64,000 nucleotides of DNA from a virus (lineage: Duplodnaviria > Heunggongvirae > Uroviricota > Caudoviricetes). The DNA lies in IMG/VR virus record IMGVR_UViG_3300033149_001657, positions 1-64,000 of that record. One strand, given 5' to 3'. Position 1 is the first letter of the stretch. Every line of letters starts with the position of its first letter. Under the pieces are notes generated by a model. The model was not told where the DNA came from, searched no databases, and was given only the letters and a program-made list of their open reading frames with translations. The translations under genes were made by a program, and so were the position numbers. Shown piece by piece: positions 55,501-64,000 of this stretch.

Positions 55501-55735
55501 TAAGCCACTTATATGTTGAAGATCCTAACGAGTATGTTCCACTAGTCTTAGGATAAATGTTTCCAGCATTCTGGATTGGATTACCATCCATATCTATATA
55601 TGTTGGTCTAAGATAGATAGAGTGATCTCCAATCTTGAATCCTTTCTTTAGTATATTCTTAACAAGAGATTCTAACCTATCTGAATCTAAAAGAAAGAGA
55701 TTACCAGATTCAATGTCATACTTAAAGTCTATCAT
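52544..55735 (-). CDS. tail fibre / receptor-binding protein with two LamG (ConA-like) domains
   Basis: Six repeats of the [YR][DN]LGSS[ST]Y[KR]WKDLYLAG type at the N-terminus; LamG-like blocks (TISAWFKTT..EWHHVVFVV..LYVDGSL and TVIGWFYHRD..WVHIAVVFN..FIDGVQQ). Confidence 0.6.
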   Translation of the reverse strand: MIDFKYDIESGNLFLLDSDRLESLVKNILKKGFKIGDHSIYLRPTYIDMDGNPIQNAGNIYPKTSGTYSLGSSTYKWLNAFLSGYADIGSLRIGGTEVIDSTRRLKNILTIVTTGEPSQFYCGAHPIKIGKFETIDEEGRAGNYPAIWADLVLRIAQRVEVWGSPDGHYLDVRNSDGTKTIVLRGDTGQILPGANNAYNIGSSSYKWKDGYFAGAIDLGSLKVAGTEVLTSGRILQNIVSVAQTLLPDADNSRDLGSSSYRWKDLYVGGRAFLDHVVGFGFIHDMLSCVAGKNDLWNASLDSGSEYVDDVEANFGRAFTYWEGWTGSLSIRNMEGFMTGRKYMLLLRAKMSGSLGDARILIYNWTDATTEFSVDILNKLTTSYQIIDAGIVNADWDPEDDVRFHFGSNATNNDDGFHGGDDPEYIPGRVYIDWLVMIPIPSYSLIPSRDNAYDLGSSSYKWKDLYLAGIGDLGSLKIGGTEVIDASKILKNIASFAQDLIPDVDASRDLGSASYRWQDLRLSRDIYIGGDAFISGILDNPYIDAYSSDYGLVLYLPFEEGTGTSVYDESPYGNDGTVYGTLSGTVYGASWVDGKYGKALSFDVSDYVKVPHDDSLDLSAEFTISAWFKTTVVSGYRGLVSYDDETVDNNISYMIYLPNSNAIRGRIADGSASKYVTVSGTSDGEWHHVVFVVTSDQILLYVDGSLGDSTPRTINPRISPDNTLKVGRYRTMDSWDGLIDEVRIYNRVLNEEEIQQLYQGEDVGGGRVLCLRFDEGEGTTVYSDNWCDGKFGKALSFDGKNDQLECSPSSSLDFGTNSFTVIGWFYHRDYTYPKTTCCIWHGNAHGGVNPHPGFQIGHGYVSNGIKCAIRDVEGNTVFDVVPCDVGSRPLDWRNKWVHIAVVFNRALGQCYAFIDGVQQSGYLDISSVTGSIDNNLKLVVGNCVGWRLDGVADDIRIYNRALTEEEIRALYLAGKSRYSRSIVVSDKFRILNTSLSELLRLTTTNLNLNVSLLPSTDNTYDLGTSTYRWKDLFLAGQAIGLRLENRTSDPSSPAEGQIWIRTDL

Positions 55736-55923
55736 TGTTTCTTCTCCTTGGTCTCTTTCTTATCCTCTTTCATCTTAGTCTCTTGTAATTGTCTATTCAA
55801 CTCAGCAATTTTTACACCTAGTCTTGAAAGATCTTCAATAGCATTCTGAAGAATCCATATAGTGGACTGAAGGTTCCTAGCCATCTTCTCGATCAAGATA
55901 GTTATTTCTTGATTAGTACTCAC
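55732..55923 (-). CDS. small coiled-coil protein
   Basis: 63-aa Lys/Glu-rich ORF. Confidence 0.35.
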   Translation of the reverse strand: MSTNQEITILIEKMARNLQSTIWILQNAIEDLSRLGVKIAELNRQLQETKMKEDKKETKEKKQ

Positions 55924-56213
55924 TTAGATTCACCTCCATTGTTTTTAATTTTTATTTTCTTTCCTATTAAATGTTTAACTGAGTCTTTCTTGCTTTTATT
56001 GTTTTCTTTCTCTTTCTCTATAGTTGCTAGCTGCTCGGATCGTTCCTTAACCTTGGATTCTAGAAATGTATCTAACTCAGACTCTGTCATCTCTACTAAC
56101 TCCAAGTATGGGATTGATATTCCAAATCCATCATCATCAGATACAAGTACTATAAGAGCTGTGTCTCCTTCAACCTCGACTCCATCTATCCTATATTCTT
56201 TCAAGATGTTCAC
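55920..56213 (-). CDS. hypothetical acidic protein (GTG start)
   Basis: GTG 14 nt after an AGTTACTATATC motif. Confidence 0.4.
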   Translation of the reverse strand: MNILKEYRIDGVEVEGDTALIVLVSDDDGFGISIPYLELVEMTESELDTFLESKVKERSEQLATIEKEKENNKSKKDSVKHLIGKKIKIKNNGGESK

Positions 56214-56221
56214 CTCATATT

Positions 56222-57364
56222 TTAAGATATAGTAACTTCCCCATAAGTTTTAACCTCAGTACTTGTTATGTCTAATGATGGAAATGTCTTGCTTGGGTAA
56301 CCTTCAACTATGTCAAGTGAATATACATATGGATACATTTCGTAGTAAAGAGAATCTGACGTATATATTGTCTTAGGAAAAATAGTTACTATCTTTGAAA
56401 TCTTATCGGATAAAGTTATAGGTACTTCTCTCAGGTTAATATGTTTAATTAACACTCCAGATACTTCAACAATTTCTCTGGTCTTCATACGGATTCTGTA
56501 TAAAACATCAGATAAAGAGACAGTTCTCTTGAATCTAGCATAGATAGTAACTATCTCATTTAGAATTACATGTTCAAAAGATAATAATTTTGACGTAATA
56601 AATGGTGCTAAAGAAGTAGTCTCTTTCCATAGTACCTTGAACATGGACTTATCTATCGACGGAACAGCTGCAATTAGATTTAAGTAAACTTGTGCAAACA
56701 AACTGAATACAATATGTTGTATCAATGCTATCTTTACTCTAATTATATGCACAATAGATACAATTTCATTTCCTATAAGCTTAAGTACAAATCTGTCTAT
56801 CAATGAAATAATCATATCCAACTTTAGATGAAACACAGATAAGATACTTATCATTATATGATCAAGTAATCTCAGTTCAGATTTAATTGAAGATAGAATG
56901 GAAATGACTTCTTTCCCAAAATGTTCAAGAAGCAACCTATCTAGTGTCAAAGCAGTTTCAACTAGCTTAAAATAAATCCGAGTAAAGATGCTTACTATAA
57001 TATCTTCTAGTAATGTTAGCTTAATCCTAATATAGGATAGTACAGGGTTGATTTCATTACCAATAAACTTAATCAGTAACTTATCGACTGTTGAAAGACT
57101 TATAAATAACCTCAGATGAATAATAGTAAAAACTTTCAATAAAACTGTCTCTATCTTTTTTACATAGAGAAACATAGTTGATATGATAGTGACGAGATAC
57201 AAGCGAATAAAATGTATTTTAAACAGTTCTGACACTAACACATTTATCCTTTCAAAGCCCAATTTAACTGATATTCGTTCATATAGTGAAATAGCTTCTC
57301 CAAATATACGATGGACTGATCTTGCAATTATTTTTATAACTCTAACTGGAATTGCTATTGACAA
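56222..57364 (-). CDS. tandem 42-aa-repeat hydrophobic protein in tail module
   Basis: Five or six repeats of the [LI]D[KR]x[LF]hxK[FL]IGNEIxxhhSxI[RK]x[KE]LxLL..I..SIF type. Confidence 0.45.
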   Translation of the reverse strand: MSIAIPVRVIKIIARSVHRIFGEAISLYERISVKLGFERINVLVSELFKIHFIRLYLVTIISTMFLYVKKIETVLLKVFTIIHLRLFISLSTVDKLLIKFIGNEINPVLSYIRIKLTLLEDIIVSIFTRIYFKLVETALTLDRLLLEHFGKEVISILSSIKSELRLLDHIMISILSVFHLKLDMIISLIDRFVLKLIGNEIVSIVHIIRVKIALIQHIVFSLFAQVYLNLIAAVPSIDKSMFKVLWKETTSLAPFITSKLLSFEHVILNEIVTIYARFKRTVSLSDVLYRIRMKTREIVEVSGVLIKHINLREVPITLSDKISKIVTIFPKTIYTSDSLYYEMYPYVYSLDIVEGYPSKTFPSLDITSTEVKTYGEVTIS

Positions 57365-57602
57365 AGATACTCCTCCTCTTTAAAGATCGGTATTTAATTT
57401 TGAGATCTTCACTTAGCTTGTCCTCTTCTACTGTTCTTACTGTCCATTCATCTCCAAGAAGAGCCTCCAGAGACTTCATAGATACTTTCCTCATCTTCTC
57501 AATCGGCTCAAGTATCATGGTATCGGAAGACATGAAGACTACTCTAAACCCAAGTTCTTTTAACCTTTCTATCATTGATTTTTTCTTAGCTATAATCACC
57601 AT
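57342..57602 (-). CDS. hypothetical small protein
   Basis: 86-aa ORF between tail genes. Confidence 0.35.
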   Translation of the reverse strand: MVIIAKKKSMIERLKELGFRVVFMSSDTMILEPIEKMRKVSMKSLEALLGDEWTVRTVEEDKLSEDLKIKYRSLKRRSIFVNSNSS

Positions 57603-60325
57603 GCCTGAGCCACCTGATAACCGAGTATTTCAACCTCTATACTTCCAGATCCACCAGCAGTAGCACCTGTTAAAACAAATGGTTTGAGATCAAATGTAAG
57701 TATTGTATTAGCTGTTCCCATAAATTCTTCATCCAAAAATACCTCAACATACCCTTTGTTGGGATCTATAATAGACCAACAATCATAAGTATTGCCTGTA
57801 GTGAATTCTCCTAGACCAACAATCTTATAGTCATCAATCGTTCCAGCTGCAAAATACATGGTTCCTGATATAGAATTACCTTCGTAAGATCTAAACACGA
57901 AATAATATCCAACATTTGCTTCACTCTGAATACCAACACTTATTGCTCTCACTCCAACAGTACATTCTAGAAGATTTGGTACAGCTTTGAATCTAAACTG
58001 GATCTTATTTGAGCCCTTAATATTACTGGACTTAGCTTCTATTCCCGCTTTATATGCAGAAGTATCTTTCACCCTTAACCGATAGTATCCACCACCTCCA
58101 ATCTCTACAGTCGAGATATAGCTTGAATTTATTTGATTATAGTTACCAACATGATCACCAAGTGAAACTTGGAAATTAGAACTTACAAGAGCTGCTCTAG
58201 GAAATTCCAGATCGGTTTCCCAGAATTCTATTTCCTCTGATCTAGTAGGAATAATGTTTGTTGGTTGTTTGGCATTCTTCCAAGCTTCAATATCCCATCC
58301 GTAAGCTCGAAGTTGTTTCTTAGTAATTGCTAACAATTTCTCTGGAGATGGTATGTATCTTTTAGAGAATGTAAGATATGTATTGAAGTCCATCCCTCTA
58401 ACTTCATGTCTAATGTTTCTAAGAATCAATGGAATGCTCTCCATTTCTAGAAGAGATATTGTATATTCATATCCTGGTTTAAAGTCAAATCCACGTAATG
58501 TTTTCACATCGGTAGCTGATCTGATTGGATCTTTATAGACATTTACCATTATAGAACCAATTGCATCGATCTTCTGATAAGTATCAAGTCCTGGATCAGG
58601 ACCTATTGGAATGCCCTCTCTACGTCCATATTTACTAATAGACTCATCATCTGTCTTTATTGTCGAAATGTAAACTTCTTTAATATAGAAATTGTCTAAC
58701 CATGCAACAGCTTCCAGAGAAGGAATTGGATTTAAAACTTCAATCCTTATAGTGTTGATGTTTGTCCAGTCAATTGTAGATCCACTTGTATCTGGAGGTG
58801 TGTTAGACTTGTAGTTAAATGGAATCTCGAACACTGCAAATGGATAGTACCAGAACAAGTAATCATCGCCTGGATATTCTGAATATGGAACACCATCATA
58901 TCGTTCTATGCTACGTCTGGACTTTAATCCTCCAGAAGATTCAACAGTAACACTAAATGTACCTGTAGGACTGATGAACTCATTCAGAGTTTTAATTTTC
59001 TGTGTACCAGTAATTGATGACATCCTGGATTTTATCTGAAGAGCATAGGTCAGGACTCCTCCTAAAGATAAATCTTCACCATTGAATGAACGTTCAAACC
59101 AAATAGTTCCTCCAGATGGAAGAGAGTTTCTTAGTGAGTATGCACCTTCACCATATACAATCTGACTATCTAAAGAAAGACTACCACTTGCATTCCAATT
59201 ATCCAACTGATCAGACCATTCTAGATCACTACCTATAACACCAGTATCAGCTCCTATTACCTGTTGATAATTAATTACTGATTCGATATCCTCTTCGTAT
59301 GGAAACTCAGCTGTCTCATCAACATCAATATTGTCATCACTCTCAAGAGATCCTCTCTTGAAAAAATATAGGTCACCACCTAGATCAACATAGAAATCAT
59401 AATCATACTTATCAGCTAATTCTTCCAATGCATCAGATACATACTTATTCTGTCTAGCTGTATAATGAAGAAGCTCCGAAGTAGAATAAACATGATGAGT
59501 AGTTATCTTGCCTTCATTGACTAAGTCCTCAACCAGTCCACGTACAACAGAATCAGCAGTTCCAGACAAAGACTTCCCTATCTTGAATACTTTCTTTCTC
59601 ATATAAGAGCCATATCCATTTGCTCTCAGTTCTAAATCACGAGGTTCGTGTCCCTCTACATTCTTCGTAATATGCTCAACTATTCCAGTGAACACTTTCT
59701 TGTAATTGGAAGATGCAATTATAGAATCCTTAGCTAGCCATATCTTGACATGTGAACCAAGAAAATCGTAGTTACTATAGTCAAGATAGTCTAGCTCGAT
59801 TTGAGCAGTGTCTACCTCATCAGTTATAGCTCTATTAATATCCATCTCTAATGGAGTAAGTATTAAACAGGCTGGGGTTGTGTCTCCACAGAATACAAAA
59901 TAATCAGCCTCTACAGTTCCTTCTACATTCAATAGGAAAGATCTGATCGGTTTGTCAGCTGACAATCTTAGTGAATTAGTTTGCCATGAGTCATTATCGT
60001 AATACGGAGAATTCATTATGCTATAATCATAATATACTACACCAAAATTGTACTGTGATCCTGTCTCTTTGATTCTCCCTCTAAAGAACAGATTTGGAAA
60101 TGAAGATGATAATAAAGAAATAGCAGATGGTATTGTAGAATAAAATGTAATTGTACCAGATGCTACTTTAATAGTAGCTATATCACCATCACTACTCCAT
60201 CCAGACGTAGGATAGAATCCCCATGGAGACTTAACCTCGTCATAAGCATACATATTATCATTTGTGTATCCTACTTGAAAGAATGCTTCCACTGAAGACC
60301 TTGAATGAAGAGCTGGATTTGTCAT
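57596..60325 (-). CDS. large tail/baseplate-associated protein (909 aa)
   Basis: Beta-rich; immediately downstream of the tape-measure protein, the position occupied by Dit/Tal-like proteins. Confidence 0.45.
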   Translation of the reverse strand: MTNPALHSRSSVEAFFQVGYTNDNMYAYDEVKSPWGFYPTSGWSSDGDIATIKVASGTITFYSTIPSAISLLSSSFPNLFFRGRIKETGSQYNFGVVYYDYSIMNSPYYDNDSWQTNSLRLSADKPIRSFLLNVEGTVEADYFVFCGDTTPACLILTPLEMDINRAITDEVDTAQIELDYLDYSNYDFLGSHVKIWLAKDSIIASSNYKKVFTGIVEHITKNVEGHEPRDLELRANGYGSYMRKKVFKIGKSLSGTADSVVRGLVEDLVNEGKITTHHVYSTSELLHYTARQNKYVSDALEELADKYDYDFYVDLGGDLYFFKRGSLESDDNIDVDETAEFPYEEDIESVINYQQVIGADTGVIGSDLEWSDQLDNWNASGSLSLDSQIVYGEGAYSLRNSLPSGGTIWFERSFNGEDLSLGGVLTYALQIKSRMSSITGTQKIKTLNEFISPTGTFSVTVESSGGLKSRRSIERYDGVPYSEYPGDDYLFWYYPFAVFEIPFNYKSNTPPDTSGSTIDWTNINTIRIEVLNPIPSLEAVAWLDNFYIKEVYISTIKTDDESISKYGRREGIPIGPDPGLDTYQKIDAIGSIMVNVYKDPIRSATDVKTLRGFDFKPGYEYTISLLEMESIPLILRNIRHEVRGMDFNTYLTFSKRYIPSPEKLLAITKKQLRAYGWDIEAWKNAKQPTNIIPTRSEEIEFWETDLEFPRAALVSSNFQVSLGDHVGNYNQINSSYISTVEIGGGGYYRLRVKDTSAYKAGIEAKSSNIKGSNKIQFRFKAVPNLLECTVGVRAISVGIQSEANVGYYFVFRSYEGNSISGTMYFAAGTIDDYKIVGLGEFTTGNTYDCWSIIDPNKGYVEVFLDEEFMGTANTILTFDLKPFVLTGATAGGSGSIEVEILGYQVAQAW

Positions 60326-61971
60326 GTCAACATCACTCCTCCAACCCTACTTCTTACTCCTCTGGTAAGAGATTTCTTAACAGCTTTAGCTATCTTCTGC
60401 ACATCAGCTTCCTCTCTGATGTAGAATGGACCATTAACAGTCACTCCTACCTGAACGTTGGTAGATGTGACAGATAACCTTCTACCCAAACCAACATCTA
60501 TATCTTCCAAAACTCCCAGATTAGCCCATCCATACTGTGTCTTGATTTCCAATGGTGAGTGTGATCTCAGAGGAAGCCTAGTGAATTCTTCATTCAGCTT
60601 TCTCATCTCTTCTCTTGTTCTAATCAGAGAATCAACAACTGAATGTCCAGTCAATGTATCTTCAAGCTTTTGATAAGACTCAGTATTTGCTTCAGTCATA
60701 GCTAAATTCATTTGTTGCTGCATATAAAGATAGCCAAGTACTCCAATAAGAGCTCCTATCCCAACTGTAGCAATCGAGGTAACTATAGCCAATTTGCTAG
60801 TTGCTAGAGTCTGAGCTTTTGTCAAGGCTATAGCCATTGTTCTCACTGGTTTACCAGCTACTTCAACAGCTAAGTGTTGCATTTCGGACTGAGTCATCTG
60901 ATCAGTAACTCTAGTAGCTAAATATTTAGTAACTATTATTTTAGTAAGAATATCGTATAGTGAGATACCAGCTCTGATGAAAGTAGGTATTGTTCCAAAC
61001 ACAAACATTAGAATTGAATTAATGTAGTTTTCCTGAGCTTCTCTTACTCTAATTTGAGACATCCTTACGGCTTCTTGAGCATCTCTCACTCTGAGATAAG
61101 CCATTCTAGCTTCCTGTGATCCAGGTCCAAACTCAAACAAAGTCCTTGTGTATTCTTCCTGAGCTAGTTTCAAGTCTTCTTGTGCTCTTGTCACACTCCT
61201 AGCTGCTATCGTAATCGAGTACAATGCTCTGTTGACCCTCTGTATAGACATCACCATGAACATAAGTCCAAGTCCCAACCAGAATACAGTACCTCCAAGT
61301 TCTCTCATAGTCTGTCCTAACAATCCTTGTCTATATCTCAAAGACTGAGCTGACACTGCAGCTATTCGTTGTTGCCTAGCCATCTGTTGATATGAAGATA
61401 CCCATTGTCTGACATCTCTCTGAGTTCTTCCTATTTCCTTAGCATACATAGCTACAGCTGCATTCAGATCACGCTGCCTAGCTGTGCCAGAAGTAGCTAG
61501 TGTAGTAATGTCTCTCCACAACCTAGTAGCTCTTTGTTCCCTCTGAAGAGCTTGAAGAACTCTTACTTGTCTTCTAGCCTGAGTAACTGTGATCCCAGCT
61601 ATATCAGCATATTCATCAGCTAGTCTGTTTAAATCTGCTTGACTAACTGCTCCCATCTTGGTCATTCTAATAATGTCATTCCATACCTTTGAAGAAAGCT
61701 GCATCCTCTTTATCAAGTCAGCATTGGTCTCTACGAACTTGTCATATTCCTCTCTAATACTTCTTATAACTTCAGGTCTCATACTTCTAGCTCTTATTTC
61801 TCTGTCTCCTATCTTGACAGGAGCTCTAGTCCTTGCTAGGTTCTGAATATTCAGTCTTATGCCATTTATCTTCTGTTGTAGTTGATTCAGATTCTGTATT
61901 ACCTTATTGTAAGCATCTGGATCTACATATAACCTTAGTGCTATTCCTATATGTTCATCTGGAGCTGACAA
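60322..61971 (-). CDS. tail tape-measure protein (TTG start)
   Basis: 549 aa; long helical/coiled segments rich in A/Q/R/L; central hydrophobic TM-like segments; sits between a chaperone-like ORF and tail proteins. SD AAGGAGG. Confidence 0.55.
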   Translation of the reverse strand: MSAPDEHIGIALRLYVDPDAYNKVIQNLNQLQQKINGIRLNIQNLARTRAPVKIGDREIRARSMRPEVIRSIREEYDKFVETNADLIKRMQLSSKVWNDIIRMTKMGAVSQADLNRLADEYADIAGITVTQARRQVRVLQALQREQRATRLWRDITTLATSGTARQRDLNAAVAMYAKEIGRTQRDVRQWVSSYQQMARQQRIAAVSAQSLRYRQGLLGQTMRELGGTVFWLGLGLMFMVMSIQRVNRALYSITIAARSVTRAQEDLKLAQEEYTRTLFEFGPGSQEARMAYLRVRDAQEAVRMSQIRVREAQENYINSILMFVFGTIPTFIRAGISLYDILTKIIVTKYLATRVTDQMTQSEMQHLAVEVAGKPVRTMAIALTKAQTLATSKLAIVTSIATVGIGALIGVLGYLYMQQQMNLAMTEANTESYQKLEDTLTGHSVVDSLIRTREEMRKLNEEFTRLPLRSHSPLEIKTQYGWANLGVLEDIDVGLGRRLSVTSTNVQVGVTVNGPFYIREEADVQKIAKAVKKSLTRGVRSRVGGVMLT

Positions 61972-62145
61972 GTCACATCAACCTCCTTGACTTACCAAAT
62001 ACTTTAGCAGCTGTTCTATGTAAGGACTCATTCTTCTTCTGTTTTCTCATCTCCATATCTATCATCTCTGATAGCCATAACCTCTGAATATCGGTGAGAT
62101 CTCTAAAGATCCTTGAAGCTCTCTGGAAATCATAGTTATTCTCTT

Positions 62146-62562
62146 TTAGAATGTAGTAGAATTCAACACTAAGCTTTCCTTCGTTAGTTCTAAAAAATCC
62201 TTGATCTGTTTCTTTCTCTTCTCTCTGTATCTGAGATATCTAGTGTTGTAATCAGTCCACACAGCATCCATTATATTTCCAAGGGAAATTACAGAAGACT
62301 TGTAGTACTGGTCTTTTGACACCTTAGGTTCTACCAACATCTTCAATACCACAAAGTCAGATATCAAAGAGAGTCTCTGAGCCTCATCCAGATGCTCCCA
62401 TCTTGGATCCTCTTTAGCTTCTTTCACTGCATCCAGTCTATCACCCATCGTTGGATCTACATATTTTACCTTTCCAAAGCCAGGTACACTGATAGTATGC
62501 ACTGGTCTACCTATCACATCATCTATAGTCACTATCTTATCCTCTCTAGTCACTATTCTCAC
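62146..62562 (-). CDS. tail assembly chaperone-like protein
   Basis: 138 aa between the major tail protein and the tape-measure protein. Confidence 0.35.
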   Translation of the reverse strand: MRIVTREDKIVTIDDVIGRPVHTISVPGFGKVKYVDPTMGDRLDAVKEAKEDPRWEHLDEAQRLSLISDFVVLKMLVEPKVSKDQYYKSSVISLGNIMDAVWTDYNTRYLRYREKRKKQIKDFLELTKESLVLNSTTF

Positions 62563-62564
62563 CT

Positions 62565-63512
62565 CTAATATGGAAGATTAGCCCATGTACCACTGAAATC
62601 TTCAATCACCTTAATAGCATCATTTCCAGAGCTCGGTCTAGCTGAGAACGGGTACTCTCCCTCCACAGCATCAAGACCAGAGAGTTCATCTGGAAGCTCC
62701 CCAAACGTAACGTTGTTCAAAGTGATCTGTATTGTATGACTTGTCTTTATCAAATATACTTGTATAGTACATGTCTGTCTATTGATAACTATACTACTCA
62801 TTTGACCAAAGTTACCTCCAGTAGTCAGTCTTCCATTAACTTGAAGTCCTCCTTCCCTTATCTCAATTGGTCTATAGTCCTGAGCACCAGCTGACAGTCT
62901 AGCTTGAAGATTATTGTTAGTACTGATCTGAAGTCTAGTTATCATAGTAGCTGCAAACTGTCCATTTGGATGTATAACATCTATGCTTGAATGATAGAAT
63001 GAGAATGGTACAAGATTCATATTCAATGAAGGCTTGGATGATGCATTGGTAGGTATCGTTACTCCTCTACCAGCATAATTCAACTCTATCTGTACATCAG
63101 AACCTTGTTCAATAGTTATTTCAGCTGTATCTACTTTCATTCCATAGTATCCAAGACTGATGGTATTGCCATCCTCATCTGGATAGAGTCCTCTATAGAT
63201 GCTCATTGAAGGTAATGATGAAGCTGGAGAATACGTAACTGGAGTCGTAGAGGTATCAGTGGTAGATCCAAGAATATATTCAAATATTTTACCAGAAACC
63301 ATCTCTTGAGTCCATCTAGCAACTACTCCCTCTTCTAACCACGTAACTTTTCTCCAGTCTCTACTTCCACCAATCAGATCCTCTTCATTCCTATTTTCTG
63401 TAGTAGTAGCTGCCCAGTCTGTCAAGTAGTTAGGAAACGTGTTGGGAACAGTCCACTCTCCCCATGTATCCTCTTTTGCAAACTTAATCCACCTATCTGT
63501 GAAATAGCTCAT
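62565..63512 (-). CDS. putative major tail (tube) protein
   Basis: 315-aa beta-rich protein at the head of the tail module; SD GGTGGAGGAA; upstream 7-bp inverted repeat CCTAACA-CT-TGTTAGG. Confidence 0.4.
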   Translation of the reverse strand: MSYFTDRWIKFAKEDTWGEWTVPNTFPNYLTDWAATTTENRNEEDLIGGSRDWRKVTWLEEGVVARWTQEMVSGKIFEYILGSTTDTSTTPVTYSPASSLPSMSIYRGLYPDEDGNTISLGYYGMKVDTAEITIEQGSDVQIELNYAGRGVTIPTNASSKPSLNMNLVPFSFYHSSIDVIHPNGQFAATMITRLQISTNNNLQARLSAGAQDYRPIEIREGGLQVNGRLTTGGNFGQMSSIVINRQTCTIQVYLIKTSHTIQITLNNVTFGELPDELSGLDAVEGEYPFSARPSSGNDAIKVIEDFSGTWANLPY

Positions 63513-63608
63513 ATTCTTATTCCTCCACCTAACACTTGTTAGGTTCTATTTACAGAAGCTCCCTCTTGGGAGTCCCTAAATAAAAATAGTAGTTAAAGGT
63601 ATAAAAAC

Positions 63609-63989
63609 CTATAGTAGCTTAAATCTTATCTCGTAAAAAATCTTACAGTTTGGACTGGTACTAGACCAGCTTATTTCAATCGAGTCATCTATTTCTCCAT
63701 CAAGCTTTATTTCGGGTAAAGACAACATCGTATGAACAGCACAATAAAGCTTGGCAATTAGTTTACCAGAAGAGAATTTAGTCTCTATTTCTCCAGCTGT
63801 ACTATCAGTAAATAGATGGACAGCTCGTGTACTAACCTTGAAACCAGATGGTGGAACATAGACAGTAACTGGAGAAGAATCAGTATCAGTATCTATCTCT
63901 CCAGATATTCCAATTTCTGAAGCTAGGACATCAGACTGACCTACTGGTTTCTGTCTTTCACAATATACACTCAACACTGTTTCCCTCAT
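63609..63989 (-). CDS. hypothetical structural-module protein
   Basis: 126-aa ORF upstream of the tail genes. Confidence 0.35.
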   Translation of the reverse strand: MRETVLSVYCERQKPVGQSDVLASEIGISGEIDTDTDSSPVTVYVPPSGFKVSTRAVHLFTDSTAGEIETKFSSGKLIAKLYCAVHTMLSLPEIKLDGEIDDSIEISWSSTSPNCKIFYEIRFKLL

Positions 63990-64000
63990 ATTGTTTAAAG

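Noticed and set aside
56381-56555. Two perfect or near-perfect GATAGTAACTATC copies inside CDS 56222-57364.
   Set aside because: They encode the recurring peptide (K/E)IVTI(F/Y) of the 42-aa protein repeats, so their presence is explained by coding repeats rather than regulation. A third intra-CDS copy at 13977 encodes DSYY near a gene end.

Overview
This AT-rich (about one-third GC), gene-dense window looks like part of a tailed dsDNA virus or prophage (Caudoviricetes-like). About 100 genes are transcribed almost entirely from the minus strand. Translation signals are strong Shine-Dalgarno sequences (GGAGGTGA-like), and GTG/TTG start codons are used often. No rRNA, tRNA or CRISPR array was found.

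Recognisable structural and packaging genes, read in minus-strand transcription order (decreasing coordinates): putative major tail protein (62565-63512), chaperone-like ORF (62146-62562), tape-measure protein (60322-61971), a 909-aa tail/baseplate protein (57596-60325), a 42-aa tandem-repeat protein (56222-57364), a 1063-aa LamG-domain tail fibre (52544-55735), then terminase small (46362-46889) and large (44996-46399) subunits at the 3' end of the late block. The terminase region is followed by a block of small early-like genes (39623-43746).

Functions called from motifs elsewhere in the window:
- Three DNA methyltransferases (DPPY motif), a MazG-like pyrophosphatase, a SpoU-like RNA methyltransferase and a nucleoside deoxyribosyltransferase-like protein.
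- Two radical-SAM enzymes.
- An SPFH/prohibitin protein with a membrane partner.
- A MoxR AAA+ ATPase paired with a VWA/metallopeptidase-like protein.
- A metallophosphoesterase next to an Rnl2-like RNA ligase (RNA-repair pair).

Most interesting observations:
1. A complete eukaryote-like ubiquitin-type cassette (Ubl, UBC-like E2 with an HPN-type active site, ThiF/E1, JAMM/JAB) sits in one overlapping operon at 32008-34991.
2. The only plus-strand island (48208-51504) encodes a radical-SAM/SPASM enzyme with a His/Asp-repeat tail, a Cys-rich protein and two paralogous DxD transferase-like proteins, and abuts a protein with about 18 DW[ST]D/PH repeats.
3. About 10 copies of a roughly 30-bp palindrome (TGCAACA..CTTAGTAAG..TGTTGCA plus an A-run) lie upstream of the early genes. 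The only plus-strand early gene encodes an HTH protein flanked by inverted copies.
4. A 13-bp palindrome, GATAGTAACTATC, recurs about 17 times in intergenic DNA at gene junctions, 8-25 nt upstream of start codons.
5. Two clusters of a roughly 11-member paralogous family of small proteins end in LL(A/S)xE(L/I).

All assignments are motif-based reading of the sequence; no database search was run.
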